Positions 10,323 to 21,937 of a DNA stretch of 64,000 bases are shown one piece after another. Numbering within the stretch: the first letter of the stretch is position 1; each line of letters starts with the position of its first letter. Under the pieces are notes generated by a model that searched no databases, was not told where the DNA came from, and saw nothing but the letters and a program-made list of their open reading frames with translations. The DNA comes from an uncultured delta proteobacterium (GTDB lineage: Bacteria; Desulfobacterota; Binatia; UBA9968), in contig CAVYTU010000017.1 in assembly GCA_963771465.1 (NCBI GenBank), forward strand, positions 736,001 through 800,000, in the 5' to 3' direction. The position numbers were made by a program, and so were the translations under genes.

Positions 10323-11405
10323 ATGGAAAGTTTCGCTTATTCCGTCGTCGCCGCTATTATCGGCCTCGGTGTGCTGATTGTCTTTCACGAATTCGGCCAT
10401 TTTTTGGTGGCGAAACTATCCGGCGTCGGCGTGATCACATTTTCCGTTGGCTTCGGCCCCAAGCTTTGGGTGAGGAAAAAGGGCGAAACCGAGTATGCCT
10501 TGAGCGCCTTTCCCCTCGGCGGTTACGTCAAGATGGTCGGCGAAGATCCCGATCAAGAAGTACAACCCGGTGACCGGGAAAAGTCGTTCGCCCACAAGAG
10601 CTTGCTCAAGCGCATCGCCATCGTGGTCGCCGGGCCGGGATTTAATCTACTCTTGGCCGTATTGCTGCTGATGGTGGTTTATACGTTTTACGGCGTGCCC
10701 GTGATGTCGACGCAAGTGAGCGGCGTGGAGAAAGGCTCTCCGGCCGAGAAGGCCGGTATCGTAAAAGGGGACCGGATTATTTCCCTGGATGGCAAGACGG
10801 TCGAGCAGTGGGAAGAGCTTTCGGGTGGCATCAAAGCGAGCGCTGGCAAACCTCTCGAACTTCAGATTCGCCGCGGCAGCGAAACGGTCAATGTCACGGT
10901 ACAGCCGACTCAAAAGGAAGGCAAAAATATTTTCGGTGAACGTAAAGATGATTGGATGATTGGCATCGGCAGTCAAGTGAGCCTCGAAAAAGGCAACCCA
11001 GGTCTAGCCATTGTCCGAGCATTTTACCAAACCTACGATTATTCGAAGCTTACATTACTAGCCTTCTACAAGATGATTGTCGGCGACGTGTCGCCGCGCA
11101 ACATCGGCGGACCGATTTTGATCGCGCAAATGGCCGGCCAGCAGGCGCAAGAAGGACTCGGCAGCTTTTTGGCCTTCTTGGCGGTGTTGAGCATCAACTT
11201 GGGTGTGCTCAATCTCTTGCCGGTGCCCGTGCTCGACGGCGGTCACCTGTTGTTTTTTCTAGTCGAGGCGGTGATTCGTAAGCCGGTAGCGGTTAGATAT
11301 CGCGAGATGGCGCAACAGGTCGGCATCTGCCTTCTGGCGCTGCTCATGGTCTACGCTTTCTATAATGACATCGTCCGATTTTTTGAAAAACAGGTTGGTG
11401 GATGA
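10323..11405 (+). CDS. rseP: RIP metalloprotease RseP
   Basis: HEFGH zinc motif, PLGGYVKM, one PDZ domain, NLLPVPVLDGG. Confidence 0.97.
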   Translation: MESFAYSVVAAIIGLGVLIVFHEFGHFLVAKLSGVGVITFSVGFGPKLWVRKKGETEYALSAFPLGGYVKMVGEDPDQEVQPGDREKSFAHKSLLKRIAIVVAGPGFNLLLAVLLLMVVYTFYGVPVMSTQVSGVEKGSPAEKAGIVKGDRIISLDGKTVEQWEELSGGIKASAGKPLELQIRRGSETVNVTVQPTQKEGKNIFGERKDDWMIGIGSQVSLEKGNPGLAIVRAFYQTYDYSKLTLLAFYKMIVGDVSPRNIGGPILIAQMAGQQAQEGLGSFLAFLAVLSINLGVLNLLPVPVLDGGHLLFFLVEAVIRKPVAVRYREMAQQVGICLLALLMVYAFYNDIVRFFEKQVGG

Positions 11406-12151
11406 GAATTCTCGGCATCGATACCGCCACTACGACCGCGAGCGTCGCGTTAATCGATGATCACCAGCCAGTCGCTGAAAAGTTCTATAACAGAAACAGT
11501 GAAGTTTCTGAAAACCTCGCGATTGCACCCAAAGGTAATCACGCCGAGATCATTCTGCCGCTGATTCGAGCCGTTCTCGACCAAGCAAAGCTTTGCTTGT
11601 CTGAGCTTGATGGTATTGCCGTGTCGATCGGTCCCGGATCGTTTACCGGATTGAGGATCGCGTTGGCGACGGTCAAAGGGCTTGCCTACGAACTAGGTAT
11701 CCCGGTGGTCGGCATCTCGACACTGCACGCGCAAGCCTCTCGCGTTTGCGACACCGGCGAGCTTATTTGTGCGATGCTCGACGCGCGCAAACGAGAAGTC
11801 TACGCTGCGCTGTTTCGCCGCGTGAACGGTAATCTCATGCGGTTGTCAGACGACGGCGTCATGTCGATGACAAACGCTATTGAGATGATTCAAAGCGCGC
11901 GTCAAAATGATGGGTGTACCGTCATCGGTGACGGCGCCCAGGCTTATGATAAAGTTTTGTTGCAATCCCTCGGCGCGCGGCTACGCATCGCCGCCGAGAC
12001 TGAATGTTCTACGGTGGCGCGCCGGGTCGCGGAGCTCGCTCAGACGCGCTTGGGCGCTCCAGCGGAGGACGATTTGGCTACTCTTGTGCCGCTTTATTTG
12101 CGTTCGTCGGAAGCTCAAAGCAAAAGCGCATTGTCAGTGCTAACTTGTTGA
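11402..12151 (+). CDS. tsaB: tRNA t6A biosynthesis protein TsaB
   Basis: ILGIDTAT, GPGSFTGLRI, DARKREVY, PLYLRSSEA. Confidence 0.95.
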   Translation: MRILGIDTATTTASVALIDDHQPVAEKFYNRNSEVSENLAIAPKGNHAEIILPLIRAVLDQAKLCLSELDGIAVSIGPGSFTGLRIALATVKGLAYELGIPVVGISTLHAQASRVCDTGELICAMLDARKREVYAALFRRVNGNLMRLSDDGVMSMTNAIEMIQSARQNDGCTVIGDGAQAYDKVLLQSLGARLRIAAETECSTVARRVAELAQTRLGAPAEDDLATLVPLYLRSSEAQSKSALSVLTC

Positions 12152-12172
12152 AATGCTATATGGAAAACTACG

Positions 12173-12201
12173 TTGACAAAGAGTTTAGCGTAAGTTAAAT
12201 T
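12173..12201 (+). promoter_or_regulatory. sigma70-type promoter for DUF465-ilvBN
   Basis: TTGACA (12173-12178), 17 bp, TAAATT (12196-12201). Confidence 0.7.
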
Positions 12202-12244
12202 GAGGCCCGCTCGAAGCCAAAAAAATAAAATTAGGAGGCGCCGT

Positions 12245-12463
12245 ATGGAGCATAGAGAAGAACAAACGATTGTCTCCCTGCTGGACAAGGATCCAGAGTT
12301 GAAGAAATTTTATCATGAGCACCAGGAGCTTGAAAAAAAGCTCGCTGAATTTCAGCATAAACATATTTTGTCTCCTGAAGAAGAATTGGAGATGAAAAAA
12401 ATTCAGAAGCTAAAACTGATCGGCAAGGATCGGATCATGGAGCTTCTAGGAAAATACCGGTAG
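12245..12463 (+). CDS. DUF465/YdcH-family small coiled-coil protein
   Basis: AGGAGG RBS; 72 aa with HQELEKKL and KKIQKLKLIGKDRI, typical of the family. Confidence 0.8.
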   Translation: MEHREEQTIVSLLDKDPELKKFYHEHQELEKKLAEFQHKHILSPEEELEMKKIQKLKLIGKDRIMELLGKYR

Positions 12464-12487
12464 CTGCCGGTTTCGCTAAAGGATTGT

Positions 12488-14266
12488 ATGAAGATGACGG
12501 GCGCGGAGATATTTTGTGAGTCGCTAAAGTGCGAAGGGGTGAAAACCGTTTTCGGCTTGCCCGGCGGAGTGGTGTTAAAGATTTTCGACGTCTTGTGCCA
12601 GCGCAAAGACATCGAGTTTATCCTCACGCGCCATGAACAAGGCGCGGCTCATATGGCCGAAGGCTATGCCAAAGCGACCGGCAAAGCCGGCGTCGTCTTG
12701 GTGACCTCCGGCCCTGGGATGACGAACATCGTTACCGGCTTGGCCGATGCTTACATGGATTCCGTGCCGTTGGTTGCGTTCACCGGTCAAGTTTCGACCG
12801 ATCTGATCGGCAACGATGCTTTTCAAGAGGCCGATAACGTCGGCATTAGTCGTCCTTGTACGAAGCACAATGTGCTGGTGAAAGACGTTAACGATCTCGC
12901 CCAAGCGATCAAGGAAGCGTTTTACATCGCCACCAGCGGCCGGCCGGGACCGGTGTTGGTCGATATTCCGAAGGATGTCAGCATCGCCAAAGCGGAGTTC
13001 AAGTACCCCGACAAAGTCAATCTGCGCGGATACAACCCAGGGGTGGTTGGCAGCAAGCAAAATATCAGGCTAGCCGCCGAAGAAATCATGAAGGCGAAGA
13101 AGCCGATTATTTACGTCGGTGGCGGCGCGGTGTTTTCCGATGCCGCTGAAGAGATTCGCGAGTTGGCGGAAATCACGCAAATCCCCGTGACCATGACGTT
13201 GATGGGACTCGGTAGCTTTCCGGGCGATCATCCGTTGTCGCTCGGCATGCTCGGCATGCACGGCGGCTACTGGACCAATATGGCGATGCATCATGCCGAT
13301 CTGCTAATCGCCGTGGGCGCTCGTTTCGACGACCGCGTTACCGGCAAACTCTCCGAGTTTTGCCCGGAAGCCCGAGTGATTCATATCGATATCGATCCGA
13401 CATCGATCAAGAAAACTTTTCACGCGCATATTCCGATCGTCGGCGATGTCAAACCTGTGCTTCGACAAATGAACGTCATTCTGCGTTCCATGGATGGCAA
13501 TGCGGCGAGCATGAGAGCTTATCGCGCGCCATGGATCAAACAGGTCGAAGAGTGGCGAAAAACTCATCCGTTGACCTACAAGCAGGATGATAAGGTCATC
13601 AAGCCGCAGTACGTCATCGAAAAGCTCTACGACCTAGCCAAGCGCGACGCGATCGTTGCCACCGATGTCGGCCAGCACCAAATGTTCGCGGCGCAATATT
13701 TCAAGGGATATAAGCCGCGCACATGGCTGACTTCAGGCGGACTCGGCACGATGGGTTTTGGATTTCCGGCCGCCATTGGCGCTCAAGTCGCTTTTCCCGA
13801 CCGGCAAGTGCTTTGTATCACTAGTGAGGGCAGCTTCCAGATGAATTTGCAGGAGCTGGTGGTTGCCGCGCTGCACAAGTTGCCGGTGAAAATCGTTCTG
13901 CTCAATAACGGCGTGCACGGCATGGTGCGCCAATGGCAAGATCTTTTCTATGAAGGTCGCTACTCGGCGAGTGTTCTTGGTAAGACGCCGGATTTCGTCA
14001 AATTGGCGGACGCCTACGGCATCGTCGGACTGCGCGCGCTCAAACCCGGCGAAGTCGAGCCGGTGCTCAAAGAAGGCTTGAAACATAAAGGCCCGGTGCT
14101 GATGGATATTCATACCGACCCGTACGAGAACTGCTATCCGATGATTCCCGCCGGCGGGGCGCAGCATGAGATGATGCTTGAAGATCCGCCGGAGCTTAAA
14201 CTGGCACGCAAAGGTGGATCACGTAAGAGAAAGGTGGATGAGGGCGAGGGTGAGCTTCCTGCCTAA
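12488..14266 (+). CDS. ilvB: Acetolactate synthase large subunit
   Basis: FGLPGG, RHEQGAAHMAEGY, TSGPG, DVGQHQM, SGGLGTMGFG, GMVRQWQ. Confidence 0.97.
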   Translation: MKMTGAEIFCESLKCEGVKTVFGLPGGVVLKIFDVLCQRKDIEFILTRHEQGAAHMAEGYAKATGKAGVVLVTSGPGMTNIVTGLADAYMDSVPLVAFTGQVSTDLIGNDAFQEADNVGISRPCTKHNVLVKDVNDLAQAIKEAFYIATSGRPGPVLVDIPKDVSIAKAEFKYPDKVNLRGYNPGVVGSKQNIRLAAEEIMKAKKPIIYVGGGAVFSDAAEEIRELAEITQIPVTMTLMGLGSFPGDHPLSLGMLGMHGGYWTNMAMHHADLLIAVGARFDDRVTGKLSEFCPEARVIHIDIDPTSIKKTFHAHIPIVGDVKPVLRQMNVILRSMDGNAASMRAYRAPWIKQVEEWRKTHPLTYKQDDKVIKPQYVIEKLYDLAKRDAIVATDVGQHQMFAAQYFKGYKPRTWLTSGGLGTMGFGFPAAIGAQVAFPDRQVLCITSEGSFQMNLQELVVAALHKLPVKIVLLNNGVHGMVRQWQDLFYEGRYSASVLGKTPDFVKLADAYGIVGLRALKPGEVEPVLKEGLKHKGPVLMDIHTDPYENCYPMIPAGGAQHEMMLEDPPELKLARKGGSRKRKVDEGEGELPA

Positions 14267-14277
14267 TTTTTTCGCGA

Positions 14278-14799
14278 ATGGAACATATCATATCAGTTCT
14301 CGTTGAGAACAAGTTCGGCGTGCTCGCCAGAGTCGCCGGACTCTTTAGTGCCCGAGGCTATAATATCGAGAGTCTGTCAGTTGCGCCGACGTTAGATCCG
14401 TCGACGTCGATGATTACCATCGTCACCGACGGTGACGACCGCATCATCGAGCAGATCATGAAGCAACTCAACAAAGTCGTCGAAGTGTTAGAAGTCGTCG
14501 ACTTGACCGAGACGCACTTTCTCGACCGCGAGACCGCGTTAATCAAAGTGCACACGAAACCTGCGCACCGCGATGAAGCGATTCGGATCGCGGCGATCTT
14601 TCGCGCCAATATCGTCGATTCCTCGGCAACGACGTACACCATCGAGATCACCGGCGATACTGAAAAAGTCGAGGCGATGATCAATATGCTCAAGCCCCTC
14701 GGTATCAAAGAGTTGATCCGCACCGGGCGCATCGCGATCTCGCGCGAGACCACCCGCACCGCCTTTCCCCGGCGTGAACCCGCGCTGCTGAAAAATTAA
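14278..14799 (+). CDS. ilvN: Acetolactate synthase small subunit
   Basis: ACT domain VLVENKFGVLARVAGLFSARGYNIESLSV. Confidence 0.97.
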   Translation: MEHIISVLVENKFGVLARVAGLFSARGYNIESLSVAPTLDPSTSMITIVTDGDDRIIEQIMKQLNKVVEVLEVVDLTETHFLDRETALIKVHTKPAHRDEAIRIAAIFRANIVDSSATTYTIEITGDTEKVEAMINMLKPLGIKELIRTGRIAISRETTRTAFPRREPALLKN

Positions 14800-14907
14800 G
14801 ATCAGTCCAAGCCTTCTATCGAGGTTTTCGGAGTTACCGAGCTTCTTTCTCGATTGCCAACGGTTGTGACTACTTCATATCCGTCGATTTGGCCGTAGCG
14901 TCCTTAA

Positions 14908-15126
14908 CTACTTCCTTAACTTGCTACCGGCGTCTTTGATGGTGTCGCCAGCTTTTTCCATCGCCTGACCGGTCTGTTCCTTTGCCCGGTCCACTGCTTG
15001 GTCAATTGCGGCGCCAGCTTTCTCGGCCGGGCCTTTGGAATCCTCTTCGGCTTTGCCGCACGCGCCGACGAACATAAGAAACGTCGCCGCGACGGCTCCC
15101 AAGGATAATTTTCTTGTCGCTCTCAT
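14908..15126 (-). CDS. Small lipoprotein, Ala/Lys/Glu-rich
   Basis: Signal peptide with lipobox (VGAC); GPAEKAGAAID...MEKAGDTIKD amphipathic repeats; GGGAGG RBS on the minus strand. Confidence 0.75.
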   Translation of the reverse strand: MRATRKLSLGAVAATFLMFVGACGKAEEDSKGPAEKAGAAIDQAVDRAKEQTGQAMEKAGDTIKDAGSKLRK

Positions 15127-15484
15127 CGCTTCGCTCGTCCTCCCTTAACGTCAACAGATAGTTTTTTTTAGCACCCAGGAAGGCGTAGCTTCAAGAGAAT
15201 TCTGATAAGATTCGCTCCGGCTTGGCACGTCTAACAATGAGTTCACGGCGCGGACGGAATAGCTTAGCTAGTAGGCGAGGGCGAGGGGATAATGCTAAGA
15301 TTTTTTGATTCACAGTGTCACGAGCAACTCGGGAACTGTCGCCGACGTATAAGAATGTCGTTAACCGCTGCTTGCGCGAAAAAGGTTACGATCTGATCGG
15401 GGGAACTGATTCTCCGGCTCTTATTCCTGTCCATCAGCGACCCCATCCAATCTACCAAAGTCGTTGTCTTACGCGCACTTGCCG

Positions 15485-15513
15485 TTGACTTAGCAAGGTC
15501 CAGTCGGCATAGT
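15485..15513 (+). promoter_or_regulatory. Possible sigma70 promoter for the ilvC-psd-pssA-leuA unit
   Basis: TTGACT, 17 bp, CATAGT, ending about 30 bp before the ilvC ATG. Confidence 0.5.
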
Positions 15514-15543
15514 AGAAGGGGTTAAATTCACAGGAGTAAAAAC

Positions 15544-16560
<1,017 letters not shown>

Positions 16561-16588
16561 TCGCCATGGATTGCGGCCGAATTTCCGT

Positions 16589-17218
16589 ATGAGAATCGCT
16601 CGCGAAGGCTATCCGCTTATTGCGACCATTGCGATTGCGGCGCTGATCGCTCTTGGGATCGGCTGGAGCTTGCTGGGCAGTTTGCTGGCGGTTTTGACGC
16701 TCGCCGTGGCGGCATTTTTTCGCGATCCTGAACGCGTGGTTCCCGCCGGCGACAATCTGATTGTTTCACCGGCTGATGGCAAAGTGGTCAGCATCGCACC
16801 GGCGTCTGCGGGCGGCATGTTTGACGGCGCGGCAACTCGAATCAGCATCTTTCTTTCACCCCTCGACGTGCACATCAACCGTGTGCCCGTAGCGGGAAAG
16901 ATTGACGCGGTACAGTATCAACCGGGGCAATTTCTCCCGGCCTACAAAGCCGACGCCTGGGAGCGCAATGAACAAAATGCGCTCAAGATCCTTTGCAGCG
17001 GCGCGCGCTTTATCGGCGTTGTGCAGATTGCCGGGATATTGGCCCGGCGTATTGTTTGCCGGGTCAAACGAGGCGATGATCTTAAGCGCGGTGATAGATT
17101 CGGATTGATTATGTTTGGGTCGCGAACCGACACATATTTGCCTGCCAGCTGTTCGGTAGAAGTTATCGAAGGGCAGAGAGTCAAAGGCGGTGAAACAATA
17201 ATCGGGAGGTTTGTATGA
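16589..17218 (+). CDS. psd: Phosphatidylserine decarboxylase proenzyme
   Basis: FFRDPER, SPADG, IFLSPLDVHINR, NEQN, self-cleavage FGSRTD. Confidence 0.95.
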   Translation: MRIAREGYPLIATIAIAALIALGIGWSLLGSLLAVLTLAVAAFFRDPERVVPAGDNLIVSPADGKVVSIAPASAGGMFDGAATRISIFLSPLDVHINRVPVAGKIDAVQYQPGQFLPAYKADAWERNEQNALKILCSGARFIGVVQIAGILARRIVCRVKRGDDLKRGDRFGLIMFGSRTDTYLPASCSVEVIEGQRVKGGETIIGRFV

Positions 17219-18072
17219 GCGCGATGAATGCGCCGGACCCCGAACAGTTTTCCGGCTCGACAAAAGTTCGCTTGCTGCGCCGGCGCGGCAAGCCGCGAGT
17301 GCCGTTGCGCCAGCGTATGCGCTCGGATCAGCTGCGCAAGGGCGTTTACCTGATCCCGAGTTTATTTACCGCCGGCAACTTGATGTGCGGTTTCTTTTCG
17401 ATTATCGCAACGTTTCACGGCGAATACGTTAACGCGGCATTGCTGATTTTATTGGCGAATGTGTTCGACGGCGTCGATGGCTATGTTGCCCGCTTGACCC
17501 GAACTACCAGCCAATTTGGCGTCGAATTCGACTCACTCGCCGATGTTGTCGCCTTCGGTGTCGCGCCGGGGGTTTTAGTTTACTTCTGGGCGCTGTTGCC
17601 GTGGCAGACGTGGGGCTGGTTGGCGGCCTCGACCTATGTGGTTTGCGGCGCGCTTAGATTATCGCGCTTCAACGTGCAAGCGCAGGGTTTGACGAGGAAT
17701 CATTTTGTCGGCTTGCCGATCCCGGCGGCGGCTCAAATGATTACGTCCTCTATTATTTTGTATAACTACCTCGATGGCGCCACTGCACCGAACCGCCACC
17801 TGGTATTCTTGCTAGTCGTTTACGGCTTGGCAGCGCTGATGGTGAGCAGCATTCCGTACTTTACCCTTAAGAACAACGATATCAGAAAGCGTCATCCCCA
17901 TTGGATGTTGGTTTCCGGCTTGATTTTGATTACACTGATCATCGCCGAGAGACATATTATGTTTTTTACGATTGTCTTACTGTACACGTTATCCGGGCCC
18001 TTATTATGGTGCTTAACGGCGCTTAAGCACAGACGGGAGCTGAGCCGGGAGGCGGTTAAAGAATCGCCGTAA
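17215..18072 (+). CDS. pssA: CDP-diacylglycerol-serine O-phosphatidyltransferase
   Basis: CDP-alcohol motif DGVDGYVAR...FGVEFDSLADVVAFG, LRLSRFN, FVGLPIP. Confidence 0.96.
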   Translation: MSAMNAPDPEQFSGSTKVRLLRRRGKPRVPLRQRMRSDQLRKGVYLIPSLFTAGNLMCGFFSIIATFHGEYVNAALLILLANVFDGVDGYVARLTRTTSQFGVEFDSLADVVAFGVAPGVLVYFWALLPWQTWGWLAASTYVVCGALRLSRFNVQAQGLTRNHFVGLPIPAAAQMITSSIILYNYLDGATAPNRHLVFLLVVYGLAALMVSSIPYFTLKNNDIRKRHPHWMLVSGLILITLIIAERHIMFFTIVLLYTLSGPLLWCLTALKHRRELSREAVKESP

Positions 18073-18095
18073 CATCCTGCTCAGGTAAAAACAAA

Positions 18096-18133
18096 AAAAC
18101 TCCCGTTGGCCCTGCCGCGGGAGTTTTCATTTC
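18096..18133 (+). terminator. Intrinsic terminator between pssA and leuA (probable attenuator)
   Basis: AAAACTCCCG (18096-18105) pairs with CGGGAGTTTT (18118-18127), with extra TGGC/GCCG pairing inside and a TTTTCATTTC tail. It ends about 40 nt upstream of the leuA ATG. Confidence 0.75.
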
Positions 18134-18172
18134 TGGGTTGGGCCAGCGGACAACGTGAGAGGAGACGCTAAA

Positions 18173-19740
<1,568 letters not shown>

Positions 19741-19744
<4 letters not shown>

Positions 19745-20832
19745 ACTACAAGATCGCGGTTTTACCGGGCGACGGCATCGGCCCTGAGGTAATGGGCGAG
19801 GGCACTCAGGTTCTAAATCAAATAGCGAAACTTTACGGTTTCACCGTTGAGTTGGAGCCCGGCGTGGTTGGCGGCGCGTCCATCGACGCCCACGGCAAAC
19901 CGCTCACCGATGCGGTTTTGAACTTAGCCAAGCAGAGCGATGCCGTTTTACTCGGCGCCATGGGCGGGCCTAAGTGGGACGGGCTCGATTATTCGATTCG
20001 CCCCGAGCGCGCGCTGTTAGCGTTACGTCAAGAATTGGGTTTGTTCGCCAATCTCCGTCCGGTAAAATTATTTTCCGCGCTGGCTTCGGCCTCGACGTTG
20101 AAGCGAGAAGTGGTCGAGGGCACGGACATGCTCGTGGTGCGGGAATTGACCGGCGGAATCTACTTCGGCCAACCCAAGGGCGTGACGACATTGCCGGACG
20201 GCACCGAGCGCGGCGTGAATACGGAAGTTTACACGACGCCGGAGATCGAACGGATCGCTCACGTCGCGTTTCAAGCGGCGCAAAAGCGGCGCAAGAAAGT
20301 CACGTCGGTCGATAAAGCCAATGTGCTCGAGGTCACCGAACTGTGGCGCAGGGTGGTGACTCGCCTTCACAAACACGAGGCCTACGCCGGCATCGAGCTT
20401 GAACATATTCTCGTCGACAATTGCGCCATGCAGCTGATTCGCAACCCGCGCCAATTCGACGTGCTGGTGACCACGAATATGTTCGGCGATATTTTGAGCG
20501 ACGAAGCCGCCATGCTGACGGGTTCCATCGGCATGCTGCCGTCGGCGAGTTTGGGCGGCAAAGTTGGCATGTACGAGCCGGTCCATGGCAGCGCGCCGGA
20601 CATCACCGGGCAGGACAAGGCGAATCCACTGGCGACGATTCTCAGCGTCGCCATGATGCTGCGTCATTCCTTAGACCAGGCGGTAGGGGCGGATCGCATC
20701 GAAAAAGCCGTCGAAGATGTGTTGAACGAGGGCTATCGTACGGCGGATATTCAAGAGCCGGGCTGCAAGCCGGTCGGCTGCAGGCAGATGGGACAACTAG
20801 TGCGGGACAAAGTCGCCCAGGCGAGGGGATAA
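19741..20832 (+). CDS. leuB: 3-isopropylmalate dehydrogenase
   Basis: [53 protein letters not shown] overlap with leuA. Confidence 0.98.
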
Positions 20833-20837
20833 TCAGT

Positions 20838-21860
20838 GTGAAAAAAGAAACCTACAACGTCGCCGTTGTCGGCGCTACCGGCGCCGTCGGCGAGCAGATG
20901 CGAGAAGTGTTGGAAGAGCGCCAGTTTCCCGTCGGCGAATTACGCCTGCTCGCGTCGGAGCGTTCCGCCGGGCAGTATCTGCCGTTTCAAGGTCGCCAGT
21001 TGCGTGTCGAAGCTCTCAAAGAAGATTCGTTCAAAAACATCGACATCGGTTTATTCTCAGCCGGCGGCAGCGTCAGCGCCAAGTTCGCGCCTTTAGCCGT
21101 GGGTGCCGGCGCGGTCGTGGTCGACAACACGGCTTTTTTTCGCATGGAGCCAGACGTGCCGTTGGTCGTTCCCGAAGTGAACGCCAAAGAGATTGGCAAA
21201 TACAAGGCGCGCGGCATCATCGCCAATCCGAATTGCTCGACGATCCAATTGGTCGTCGCGCTCAAGCCGATTCACGACGCGGCGCGGCTCAAACGCGTGG
21301 TCGTGTCCACCTATCAATCCGTTTCCGGCGCCGGGCGTCAGGCGATGGATGAGTTGAGCCAGCAAGTCACCGCGCTCTTCAGCGGCCACGAGATCCGCAA
21401 GCAAAAGTTTCCGCACCAGATCGCGTTTAACTGTATTCCACACATCGATGTGTTTATGGACGGCGGCTACACAAAAGAAGAGTGGAAGTTGATCAACGAG
21501 ACCCGCAAGATTTTCGCCGAGCCGAATCTGCCGGTGACCGCCACCACCGTGCGCGTGCCGGTGTTTTGCAGCCACTCGGAATCCGTCAACGTCGAGACCG
21601 AAAGAAAGTTAAGCGCCCAAGGGGCGAAAGATATTTTGCGTGATGCGCCCGGGGTGCTTCTGGTGGACGAGCCGGAAAATGATCTTTACCCGATGGCGAT
21701 CGACGCCACCGGCAAAGACGCGACCTACGTCGGTAGAATCCGCGAAGACGATTCCATCGCCAACGGGTTAAACCTCTGGGTGGTCGCCGACAACCTGCGC
21801 AAAGGCGCAGCGCTCAACGCCGTTCAGATTGCTGAGATTCTGATCCGCGATTATCTCTAG
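20838..21860 (+). CDS. asd: Aspartate-semialdehyde dehydrogenase
   Basis: VVGATGAVG, IANPNCSTIQ, TYQSVSGAG, VRVPVFCSHSE, DNLRKGAALNA. GTG start. Confidence 0.98.
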   Translation: MKKETYNVAVVGATGAVGEQMREVLEERQFPVGELRLLASERSAGQYLPFQGRQLRVEALKEDSFKNIDIGLFSAGGSVSAKFAPLAVGAGAVVVDNTAFFRMEPDVPLVVPEVNAKEIGKYKARGIIANPNCSTIQLVVALKPIHDAARLKRVVVSTYQSVSGAGRQAMDELSQQVTALFSGHEIRKQKFPHQIAFNCIPHIDVFMDGGYTKEEWKLINETRKIFAEPNLPVTATTVRVPVFCSHSESVNVETERKLSAQGAKDILRDAPGVLLVDEPENDLYPMAIDATGKDATYVGRIREDDSIANGLNLWVVADNLRKGAALNAVQIAEILIRDYL

Positions 21861-21910
21861 GTTTCGGATTGCCGATCAGAATGAGCCGGGTGCGCTCTTG
21901 TTCTAGATCT

Positions 21911-21931
21911 CGAAACTCGAAACCCGAAACA
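21911..21931. repeat. Three tandem heptamers CGAAACN
   Basis: CGAAACT CGAAACC CGAAACA, with a complementary GTTTCGG at 21861-21867. Confidence 0.6.
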
Positions 21932-21937
21932 GCTCTC

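Noticed and set aside
12200-12487. Ile/Leu/Val attenuator before ilvB
   Set aside because: The upstream ORF is a DUF465 coiled-coil protein and no terminator hairpin with a U-tract lies before ilvB.
18006-18026. Mini-ORF MVLNGA as a separate leuA leader peptide
   Set aside because: Only one Leu codon and no RBS; the Leu-codon cluster is in the pssA frame.
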